From Octopus sinensis (lineage: Eukaryota): a DNA stretch of 64,000 nt. Positions 47,101 to 59,100 of the stretch are shown one piece after another; the stretch's first letter is position 1, and each line of letters begins with the position of its first letter. Position numbers and translations under genes: made by a program. Below the pieces are notes generated by a model. It saw nothing but the letters and a program-made list of their open reading frames with translations, did no database searches and was not told the origin of the DNA. Where the stretch lies: NCBI RefSeq assembly GCF_006345805.1, contig NC_043001.1, positions 121,520,001-121,584,000 of the forward strand, written 5' to 3'.

Positions 47101-50100
47101 GCTTAACGATATGTAAGTTTTTTTTATTAAATTCTTTGTTATATTTAAAATTAATTGAAAGAAACACAGAGCATCTCAAAATAAATATAGTAACGAAAGG
47201 GTTAAATATCAACTAGTCACCATCATTCAAGCACTCCTGATTCATTCATCTCTCTCCCTATCATCACCCACACTGTGTGAACAACCTCCTGCCATCACTA
47301 AACCAATTCTGCATAAGTACTCCCCTTCTTCTATACCCAGCAATGAGAAAAATCTGAGCACCATCTGTAGTGACACCACCAGCCTGGAAGTGCTTACAAA
47401 AGCTATGAGCATTGAACCATTTCAGTTTGATTGAAAAGGAAAAGGTTATAGCAATATTCACATGTGATGTTAGGGCAGAAGGCTGAATTAGATGCTACAA
47501 CAGCAGATGCTGGCATAGTATTGTGTTAGCTCCTGCATTAGACCCTCAGAACCTTAGGGATTCCGCAAGAAAGAGGAGAGGTTGGTAAAAAAGAGCCAGA
47601 CTTGCAATCTTCTAATTGTTTCTTATTTCTTTATTGCCCACAAGGGGCTAAACATAGAGGGGACAAACAAGGACAGACAAAGGGATTAAGTCTATTTGGC
47701 CCCCGTGCAGGTGACACGTAAAAGCACCATCCGTTCGTGGCCGTTCGCCAGCCCTGTCTGGCCCCCGTGCCGGTGACACGTAAAAGTACCATCCGTTCGT
47801 GGCCGTTTGCCAGCCCTGTCTGACCCCGTGTTGGTGGCATGTAAAAGCACCATCCGTTCGTGTTCGTTGCCAGCCTCGCCTGGCCCCCGTGCCGGTGACA
47901 CGTAAAAGCACCATCCGTTCGTGGCCGTTTGCCAGCTCTGTCTGACCTCCGTGTTGGTGGCACATAAAAGCACCATCTGTTCGTGTCCGTTGCCAGCTTC
48001 GCCTGGCCCCCGTGCCGGTGACACGTAAAAGCACCATACGTTTCGTAGCCGTTTGCCAGCTCTGTCTGGCCCCCGTGTTGGTGGCACGTAAAAGCACCAT
48101 CCGTTCGTGTCCGTTGCCAGCCTTGCCTGGCCCCCGTGCCGGTGACACGTAAAAGCACCATCCGTTCGTGGCCGTTTGCCAGCTCTGTCTGGCACCTGTG
48201 CGGGTGGCACGTAAAAAGCACCCACTACACTCACGGAGTGGTTGGCGTTAGGAAGGGCATCCAGCCGTAGAAACACTGCCAGATCTGACTGGGCCTGATG
48301 AAGCCTTCCAGCTCCACAGACCCCAGTAGAACCGTCCAACCCATGCTAGCATGGAAAACGGACGCTAAATGATGATGATGATGATGATGAGGACATCGAC
48401 CCCAGTGCGTAACTGGTACTTAATTTATCGACCCCGAAAGGATGAAAAGCAAAATTGACCTCAGAACGTAACGGCAGATGAAATACCTATTTCTTTATTA
48501 CCCACAAGGGGCTAAACACAGAGAAGACAAACAGATTAAGTTGATTACATTGACTCCAGTGTGTAACTGGTACTTAATTTATCAACCCCGAAAAGATAAA
48601 AGGCAAAGTTGACCATGGTGGAATTTGAACTCAGAACATAACAGCAGACGAAATACGGCTACGCATTTTGCATAGCATGCTAACGTTTCTGCCACTAAGG
48701 ACTTGTGATTAGAATACCACAGGAAAAGAATCACAAGATGGATTCTTCATGTTGAGCAAACTGGCAAGAGACCTTGGGGTAAACCATGAAGGAATGGTTG
48801 GATAACATCCAGTTTCAGTCGGTCTTGCTTGGGAATTCAGCTGGAAAGTCTAATGACATTGCTTCTGTTAGGACCATAAACCTGAGGGCTCTACCCAATG
48901 CTCCAAAACCCTCCCAGGAATAGTAGCAGAGGGGATGGATTGATGGGTGGCTAAAAATTACTAAAAGGAAAAAAAAGAACTAAGATTTTTTTCATGAAGC
49001 CTAGTACTAATTCTATCGGTCTCTTTTACTGAACCGCTAAGCTATGGGGACATAAACACATCACCATTGGTTGTCAAGCGATGTCGGAGGGACAAACAGA
49101 CACGCAAACATACATATATATATATATATACACAACGGGCTTCTTTCAGTTTCCGTCTATCAAATCCACTCACAAGGCTTTGGTCGGCCCAATGCTATAG
49201 TAGAAGACACTTACCCAAGGTGCCACACAGTGGGAATGAACCCAGAACCATGTGGTTGGTAAGCAAGCTACTTACCACACAGCTACTTCTGTGCCTATGG
49301 TGAATTTTTTTTTACAATTAACTGACAATCATCAACTTGCTTCATTTATAGAATCACTGCATATCAATAACTCATTCAGCACACATTGATTTTTTGTACC
49401 CTTTTTTCTTTCGTTTTTGTAAAACAGAAAAAAAACTTTTAAACATACAATCACAATCAATAAGTGAACAGTCAGTTTTGGTTAACGAGACATTTCAGAC
49501 ATAGTCATCCACACACCAAACAGGAAAAATAAAAATAAATTACAAAATAATAATAATAATAATCTTTTCTACTGTAGGCACAAGGCCTGAAATTTTGGGG
49601 GAAGGGCTAGTCAATATGATCGACCCCAGTGTACAACTGGGACTTAATTTATCGAACCTGATAGGATGAAAGGCAAAGTCAACCTTGACGGAATTTGAAC
49701 TCAGAACGGAGCAACAGGCAAAGTACTGCTAAGCATTTCGTCCAGTGTGCTAATGATTTTGCCAGCTCACCGCCTTAAGTAATATTAATAATAATAATAA
49801 GAAGAATTATAATAATAATGAAACAAACCAGCTCGGTAACTATTTCTTGAAATATGTATTGAGAACAACAGGTCATAATAATTGTGTGAAGACAAATCAA
49901 CAGATCGGGCTCGGTTCTTTAGGATAGACACCACCTGCAAGGACAAACGATTGTAAAATATGAAGATCTTCAGAATAGGTAAAAGAAACTATAAAGTGAT
50001 GGGTTACAATGAAATAGAAAATCAGAAGAGACTAGGGGAAGGGTTCCCATTCCTAAGGTATTTTTTTAATGTTATTATTTTTATTATTCAGGTCTGTTGC

Positions 50101-53100
50101 CAGCCTCGCCTGGCCCTCGTGCCGGTAGCACATAAAAAGCACCATCCATTCGTGGCCGTTTGCCAGCTCTGTCTGGCACCTGTGCGGGTGGCAGGTAAAA
50201 AGCACCCACTACACTCACGGAGTGGTTGGCGTTAGGAAGGGCATCCAGCCGTAGAAACACTGCCAGATTTGACTGGGCCTGATGAAGCCTTCTGACTTCA
50301 CAGACCCCAGTAGAACCGTCCAACCCATGCTAGCATGGAAAGCGGACGCTGGACGACGACGTCACACCCAACTAATCACTGCTTGTCACAATTCCATCCT
50401 GGTAACCAACCACTTGATAGAGATGGGCACCAAAACTGTCCCTCACACAACCAAGAATCAAAACCTTGCTCCCCTATAGTCTTTGATGGTTTCCCCAGCT
50501 AAAGGAGAACCTCAGGAGTAGTCATTTTGAAGAGATTGAGAAGACAGAGGGTCCAAAACACCTTCATTTTGGAGGACTTCCATGAGGCCTTCATGAAGCA
50601 CTAAAACAAGTGTGTTGAAGTCAGAAGGTCCTATTTTGAAAGAAGATTGGAGTTTTGCACTTCTTTGAAATAAATAAGTCTCTCCTGAAAAAGTCTCAAG
50701 ACTTCTGGAATGCACTTCGTAGCTCTGTATAAATTTGCAGAACCTCTTATGTGTGTGTCTCTCCCAGAAATCCACACTACACAACCCCATGAGGTCGCGT
50801 ATGTGTATACTTCTTACTCTCCACAAGGCATTGGTCAGCTCAGAATACACACACACAAGATAGTATGCACAAATAAAAAAAATCATTTAGAGTTTGTTAA
50901 TGTTAAGTCGTTTAAATATTCAGTGAAAATCTGAAATGAGAATTTCTGTTAACATTTAATTATTTCTGTTCACAGATTAAATAACTGAACTAGTACATGC
51001 ATAGAAACACTTTACCTCTTCCTGGAGATTATTATAGGGAAATCTGACCAAAATATTTAACTGCTTGCGGTCACACAACACATTCAGTAACTGTCGTAGA
51101 CAATCTTTACAGCTGGAAACAAAAAGATGAAAACAGCAAAGTTATAATATAACAATGTTAATAGTCCAGCAGCAGCAGCAGCCACCACCGCCGCCGCCAC
51201 TGAGTTCAAAGCAACATTTACAGTTATGAAGTGACAAATACATTGTTTTTATCAAGTGACTAGCAGTATAGCCTGGTGTTGCTCAGGTTTGTTTTCTTTT
51301 CGACCCTTTAGAATTGGAATTTTTGAAAAGTAAAAATTTTGCATTATGTAGCTTGTTATTCTCTTTAAGTGAATATTTTTCAGGTTGAAATAACACCGAA
51401 AAATGGCGACACAGAAGTAAAAAAATTGTAAAAAATAGGGATTTTCATAGAGAAAAAGCATCTTTTTAATGTAAATAATTTTGGGTCTTAACATGATCCG
51501 ATTTGAATTTTTTCTTCTACAGAATGAAGAGCAAGCCTTCTTCTATCATACTCTCAATTTTGGTCAACTTGCGCCGTAGGGTCTCGGAGGAGATAGTGTT
51601 AGTTGAAGGCTACCAAACCTGCCATACACAGACAACTTCAGCTTTATATATAAAGATTATCAAAGCTCATAACTTAGTATATTCAGAAATGTTGCTCTTT
51701 AGATACTTAAGCAGTTTGAGGAAGGGGTTGATACTACAATCCTCACTCGAGAGTCAAACTTGAGTAACATAAGCCAATGAGAGTGCTTAAAAAAAAAGTT
51801 ACTTGAACTGCTGGAAAGAGCAGCTATATCTCATTCCAGATCATACTATCTTTTAAAAAAGAGAATGAGCACACAGAACAATCCTTGAAATAGGAAAATA
51901 CAGATGGCCATGGAATACCTTTGATCATGGCTGCTTGATCAAGGATGAGTCAGGGTTATACAACCAAAGCAAGTCGGATTACAAATTTTATGATGTTATT
52001 GGTTTAGCAAACTCCATTTTAAATATTGTTTCTTTTATTTATTTTTAAGGATTTTCACTGTAGTTACTCAATAAGACTGTCTCTGCATTTTCTCTTTTAA
52101 ATAAACACTATCAAAATTTCCTGATTTACTAATTAAGGGCAAATACCAGGTAAAGGATGGCCAAATCAATAAGGTCTCATAAGGCTGGACCTTTACCCAG
52201 TTTCTTATTTCTTTACTGCCCACAAGGGGCTACACACAGAGGGGACAAACAAGGACAGACAAACGGATTAAGTCGATTAGGTTACAGAATTAACACAGGT
52301 TATAGGATCATAAACCTTCTTCCACGAAAAGATAGCTTAAACTGTGCTTTAAATGGAGGTGTAGTCAAATCCTATTTTATGGACTCAACCATGTTCTAAA
52401 ATAAGTCAAAAGGTAAGCTGCTATAAATCGGCATGGACTTTCCAGACAACCCAATACTTTGTGCTAATGATTCTGCCTGATCAGCACCTTACAAAATACT
52501 ATATTATAATAAGCAAATGAATAGACCAGCTATCTAGAAACAATACTTTACACAACAAAATCTGTATTGAAAGAAAATGGGTATGAAACAGATAAATATA
52601 ATAAGATATATTTGAAATTAAAAAAAAGCATTGCTGAATACCTGGAGGGATCTGGATTGGTAACCATAGCATTATAGGCTTTCTCGTAATGTCCTAATTC
52701 TAAATGATATTTAAATACTTTTAGATACAACGTTGCCTGAAAGCAGAATGAAAATTTAAGTGAGGTAAACATGTCTGGATAGAGTGTACATTAAGTTAAA
52801 AGATATTTAGAGATACCTATTTCTTTACTACCCACAAGGGGCTAAACATAGAGGGGACGAACAAGGACAGACAAACGGATTAAGTCGATTACATCGACCC
52901 CAGTGTGTAACTGGTACTTAATTTATCGACCCCCAAAAGGATGAAAGACAAAGTCGACCTAGGCGGAATTTGAACTCATAATGTAGGAGCAAACGAAATA
53001 CAGCTAAGCATTTCGACCAGAGTGCTAACGATTCTGCCAGCTCGCTAGTCTGTTTACTAAATCCACTCAAAAGGCACTGGTTAACTGAAGCTATGGTAGA

Positions 53101-56100
53101 AGACAGCCAAGGAGTCATGCAGTGAGATAAAATTATATGCTAATAGAAAATAAAAACCACACAACCATGCATGTGCCTTTTGATACAAATAATTTTTTTA
53201 AAAACAGTCAGTCAAGAAAGCTAAGGTATGAAACCAGGTCCAAGGTACCAAAAAGGTTGGAGACTGCTGTTTGAAAGGATTCACATCCGATCATCCTTGC
53301 ACTGTTTTATCACTGTCAACTCCACCTTTTCCAAATCAACATTTATATACCTTCCAAAAAAAGACAAAAAACCCTTTCAACTGTTTATTCAATTCTTCTA
53401 TAATCTCATTCTCTTTATCATCACAACAATACATCTCTCACTCTTTTTGTTTCATATATGTGTGTGTAGGCACAATGGCCCAGTGGTTAGGGCAGCGGAC
53501 TTGCGGTCGGAGGATTGCGGTTTCAATTCTCAGACAGGGTGTGTGTGTATTGAGTGAAAACACCTAAAAGATCCACGAGGCTCTGGCAGTGGGTAGTAGC
53601 GACCCCTGTTGTACTCTTTCGCCACAACTGTTTCTCACTCTCTCTTCCTGTTTCTTGAGTAACGCTGCGGGGAACAGAAACCAGGAAACCGGGCCCATGA
53701 GCCTGGCTAGGCTTGAAAAGGGGCAACGTTTATTGTTTTTATATGTGTGTGTATGTGTGTGTCATGAGAGAACAAATAACATTACAAAATGATCAGATGA
53801 CGTCAAATCTTACAAACAGTAAACACGAGAAACCACTTACTATATTAGGATCAGATTCACTGGCAATGCATATTGCTTCTTCTGCAAGTGAAATTACTAT
53901 ATGTGGATGTTGAAAATGTTCAAACTGGTTAATAACCTGCACAAATGGAATCAAAACAAGAATCTCCAGAGTGAATTTTTTCAAAGAAAATAAAACATCA
54001 AATATTTAGAATACAGATTAACCCTTTAGCAATCACATTATTTTGACAAAAGCAATTCTTATTTATCTACATTGTTTTGAATTAATCATGCATTATTTTG
54101 TAACTTTGGGAGTTTGTATGAGGTAACAGTTAATTTTTAGAATGATAATGTAGGGTTGGTGAGAGAGGCCAGGTATCTCCATTTTGAGTATAAAACAGGT
54201 AGAATATTTTGGCCGGATATGGCCGGTTTGAATGCTAAAGGGTTAAAAATTTTTTTTAAATCTGCCAATTAGTCATTTTTCTTTTGGATGCAGTGAAGAA
54301 TATTTATGTGTTCATTCGTAGCAGTAACACGATCTCAGATGTGTAAGTCTAACATGGATCTTATTCAGCTTTAATTGTAGAGGGTCAGCAGCTGATATGC
54401 GATGAAGTATTTTCTGGCTCTAAAGAAGAATCTAAGTCTTTGAGGAACAGTTTAGGTAATGTTATGTATATTTCTTGGGAAATCTCTGCACAAGAGAAAT
54501 CACCAGAGATGGTGAGGCTCAGCACTTGGAGTAACTTCAGTATTTATAATGATTTCACCAATTCAAATACCACCACCACATCACAATTGCCTTCCTTTCT
54601 GTGCTTGCATGAGTCAGGTGACATTATGAAGTGTTATATATTTCTGTGTTTGGATGCTCTTCCTGTCACCTGTTTCCAAGCAGGGTAACATTAGCTTACC
54701 AAACAACAACCATCCCAGACAAGCTTTCATGGAGAACTACAAATACAGGGTACTGTTTTGTATGAATGGTGATCCTTGTTTGAAGACAAGGAGAGCATAC
54801 ACACCCTCCCCTGTGTGTGTGTATGTGTATGCAGACACACACACACACACTCGTAAAAAGTATCCAGCACACTGTTAAATGGTTGGCATTAGGAAGGGTA
54901 TTCAACAGTAGAAACTATGCCAAAGCAGACATTGGAGTTTGGTACAGCCCTCTGGTTCATCAGTTCACACTGAACTGTCCAACCCATGCCAGCATGGCAA
55001 AGGGGACGTTAAATGATGACAGGCTTCTCCAAATTTCTCTCTACCAAATTTCATTCACAAGGTATTTGTTCACTTGAAGCTACAGTAAAAGGCCTAGCCA
55101 ACAGTGTTCATACAATGGCAATAAACCCAAAATCACATGGCCATATCTGTGCTAAAATATTCATACAAACACAGCATCTCTTTTCAGTTCAAAGATTTGA
55201 ATTTAGGAGAAATCAAAATCAAACGAGACAGACTTTATGGAATCCTCAAATGGCAAACATCAAAATGCAGTAAGAATTACAAATTCAAGTTTCAAAAAAA
55301 CATAAAACTACTGAAACCTTTTCAAAAGAATCAAATTTCTTCTTACCTTGAGGTAATAGTTTACTTCCATCATCGGAATATTCATATCGTCATTAATTTG
55401 CAACAGTTTGCGTACCAAAAATGGTTCCCCGTTATTTAATCCTTCGGCTGCTTCAACAAATGACTGTGCAGCCTTGTAGGGTTCGCTGTAATTACAATTT
55501 ATTATTACTATTATTATTATTGTTGTTGCTGTGGTGGTGGTTGTTGTTTTAATTGTTATTATTGTATTGTTGTTGTGGTTGTTTTAATTATTATCATTAT
55601 TATTGTTATTGTTATTATTATTATTATTGTTGTTGTTGTTGTTGTGGTGGTTGGTTTAATTATTATTATTATTATTATGATGATGATGATGATAATGACA
55701 GCGAGCTGGCAGATTCGTTAGCATGCCAGGTGAAATACTTAGCGGTATTTCATCTGCCGCAACGTTCTGAGTTCAAATTCCGCCGAGGTCAACTTTGCCT
55801 TTCATCCTTTTGGGGTCGATTAAATAAGTACCAGTTACACACTGGGGTCAATATAATCGACTTAATCCATTGTCCCCTCTGTGTTTAGCCCCGTGTGGGT
55901 AGTAAAGAAATAGGTATTTCGTCTGTTGCCACATTCTGAGTTAAAATTTCACCGAGGTCAACTTTGCCTTTCATCCTTTTGGGGTCAATGAAATAAGTAC
56001 CAGTTACACACTGGAGTCAATATAATTGACTTAATCCCGTCCTCCAAGCTGCCCTTGTGGCAAAAATTTGAAATCATCATCAACATTATTATACGCCTTA

Positions 56101-59100
56101 CTGGCACGTGAAAAACATTCGAGCGAGGTCATTGCCAGTGCCGCTGGACTGGGTCCTGTGCAGGTGGCATGTAAAAAAAACCATTTGAGCGTGGCCATTG
56201 CTAGTACCGCCTGACTGGCCTTCATGCTGGTGGCACGTAAAAGCACCCATTACACTCTCAGAGAGGTTGTTAGTGTGTTTACCTTATTTGATTGTAGTAA
56301 ATTTTTGTATCATCAATGAATTAAATAATGGCTGGTAATTAATTACTAAAAGAAAGAAAAAAAAAAATAGCAATTAAAATTACTAACTTGAAATAAAGGT
56401 ATGCTTGTCCAAGGAGGAATTTCCTTGAATGTTCATTCTTGGGGCACCACGAAGACAACATACGCACATATTCCTGCAGGTGAAGGTACTGGCAGTGTCC
56501 GACAAGGAACTCGGGGAATAAGAAACTAAAACTGTCAGGCCATCTAGTGGAAAAATGTTAAGGATTAAAAACAAATTTATAAAAATGATTCCCACTGGCA
56601 AGGCAGCTGACAAAAATACCTTGTGATATTTAGTTACAACCATTTATGTTCTGAGTTCAAATCTTTCCCAGGACTATTTTACTCTCCCTCTTTCCAAGAA
56701 TAAGTAACAGAAACTGTACTGCAGTGAAAAACTTGAAAAGAATGTTCTGATGCAGAGACCAATAAAAAATACAAACCCAAGCAACATAACAAAGTAGTGC
56801 CACAGACATCATTGTAATCAAACAGTAGAAAGGCGGCAAGCTGGCAGAAACGTTAGCACGCCAGGCGAAATGCTTAGCGGTATTTCGTCTGATGGTACAT
56901 TCTGAGTTCAAATCCCGCCGAGGTCGACTTTTCCATTTATCCTTTTGGGGGTCGATAAATTAAGTACCAGTTATGCACTGGGTCCATGTAATCGACTTAA
57001 TCCCTTTGTCTGTCCTTGTTTGTCCCCTCTATGTGTTTAGCCCCTTGTGGGCAATAAAGAAATATGTAGAAATACGTTACGGATTAATAAGCTTAATTTT
57101 CTCATCTCAAAAAGTATTTTGATATTTGCAAGTTGTAAATGCAAGACAAGTAACCCCTCACCATATCATGGTTCACCTACTACAGTTTATTATTTAAGCT
57201 TACATCAATCAATTCCTCTATGGTGTTGTTTTACATTTATAATAAAATAAATATATACAAATTATAAAATTTTTTTAAAATATACAGTACAATACTGTTT
57301 CTCCTTCGCAGATTTTCACCTACAGGGATTACTGTACACCATTGATTTTTCTGCAACTGACTGTCAGACATCTCTTAATCTAGATAAATTATGATGGTAA
57401 CATGAAATTTCTGTGGCCACCAATCTAGCTCACTGCGCAACCACAGGGAGCATTGTGTGTACAGTGTGTTTACACTGCCCTTGGTGGTGGTGATGTCGAA
57501 ATTCTGAGAGATATTCTGCTTATTTTGCTTAAAGTTACATTATTTACATTCGAAGGATATTTGCCTTCATCTTGTTTGTTGTTAACACAACGTTTCAGCT
57601 GATATACTCTCCAGCCTTCTTCAGATGTCTTGGGGAAATTTAGAACCTGGGTTCTCATTCCTAAGGTATTTTTCGATGTTATTATTATTATTATTGTTAT
57701 CGTTCAGGTCACTGCTTGGAATCGAACTCAGAATCTTGGGGTTAGTAGCCACGCTCTTAACCACTATGCCATATGGCGTAGTGGTTAAGAACGTCCTCCT
57801 CATATGGCATAGTGGTTAAGAGCGTGGGCTACTAACCCCAAGATTCTGAGTTCGATTCCAAGCAGTGACCTGAACAATAACAATAACATCGAAAAATACC
57901 TTAAGAATGAGAACCCAGGTTCAAAATTTCCCCAAGACACCTGAAGAAGGCTGGAGGGCATATCAGCTGAAACATTGTGTTAACAACTAACAAGATGAGG
58001 ACAAATATCCATCAAATGTAAATAATGTACACAATTCCTCATCTCTTAAATATAGAACTGTATTGCTTAAAGTTACCCTAAGCTATAGTTACTGCAAGTA
58101 AGAGAACTGAGGGCCCTCAATGATAAAGTCAAACACATAAGCACTAATCCATATCAATCCAAGATAAAATAGAACTGTTGAAAAAAATTAGCCTGTATTT
58201 GCTAAAACCTTTAGCATTTAAACCAACCATATTTGGCCCAAAGATTATATCTGTTTATGTTCAAACTGGCCAGAATGGGTCTCTTACATCTACCCTACAA
58301 TGTCATTCTAAAAGTAAAAATCATATCATTGGCATCTTGAACCTATGAGAAAATGCCTGATTAATTCAAAACAATGTGAATAAATAAGCATTGCATTTGA
58401 CAGAGCGATCTGAATGCTAAAGGGTTAATTTAAGTTTCTAGAGGTCCATGATACTTTAGACCCAAGTGGGGCAGGGGATAATGTGTAGTGAACAATATAC
58501 AAATTAAACAAAAGGTCAATGACGTAACAAAGACATTTCTTTTGAAAAGGATACAAAAGTTTGGCTAAAATTTTGATGATAGGAATTAAAGAATTTATCC
58601 ACAGAGTAGGGACCTCCTCGTTCAACATTTTACTATTGATTAACGTCGTCCGCACTTGAAGACCACCGATTCCTCGTAGAAAAAGTTCTGCCAATGTCAG
58701 GGAGGGTTGGCCTTTTGAGAGAAATAACAACAATGAAATTAAAAACATACAATAATAATAAATGATATGAGTCAGGGTATTTCATTTACAGAATCAAAAG
58801 TTCCCACTGAGATTACCAAATGTTTACCTTAAGTATTACAATCTAACGAGCAAATTGATTTAATTGTTACATATTTTTAGCTTACAATGAGTGCCATCAT
58901 GTAATTTGCTCCCAATGAACAGAGTCTGCAATTCAGATGTAATTTCAAATCAATCTATTGGGTTGTCTGGAAAGATCGTGCTGATTTTTAAAGAAAAGAA
59001 AAAGGTCAATAAATACTTGCCATTACATTTTTAATCAACCAAATATGAACCATTTTGTTGCACAATGTGTCTCCATCTTTCCTTAACTTGAAAATACCCT

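Larger units (their letters stand above)
56544..58554 (-). other. U12-type (minor spliceosome) GT-AG intron of NUP160
   Basis: 5' site GTATCCTTTT; branch motif TCCTTAAC at 56564-56557, about 14 nt from the AG. Confidence 0.9.

Noticed and set aside
47624-48260. CRISPR-like appearance of regular ~62-nt repeats
   Set aside because: No unique spacers, no cas genes, eukaryotic intron context.
47631-48339. Three overlapping 166-215 aa ORFs
   Set aside because: GC-rich tandem repeat in an RTE 3' UTR keeps all frames open; no domain-like content.
57803-57872. tRNA gene
   Set aside because: A and B boxes present but acceptor and anticodon stems do not close; it is a SINE head. The same applies to all family A, B and C heads.
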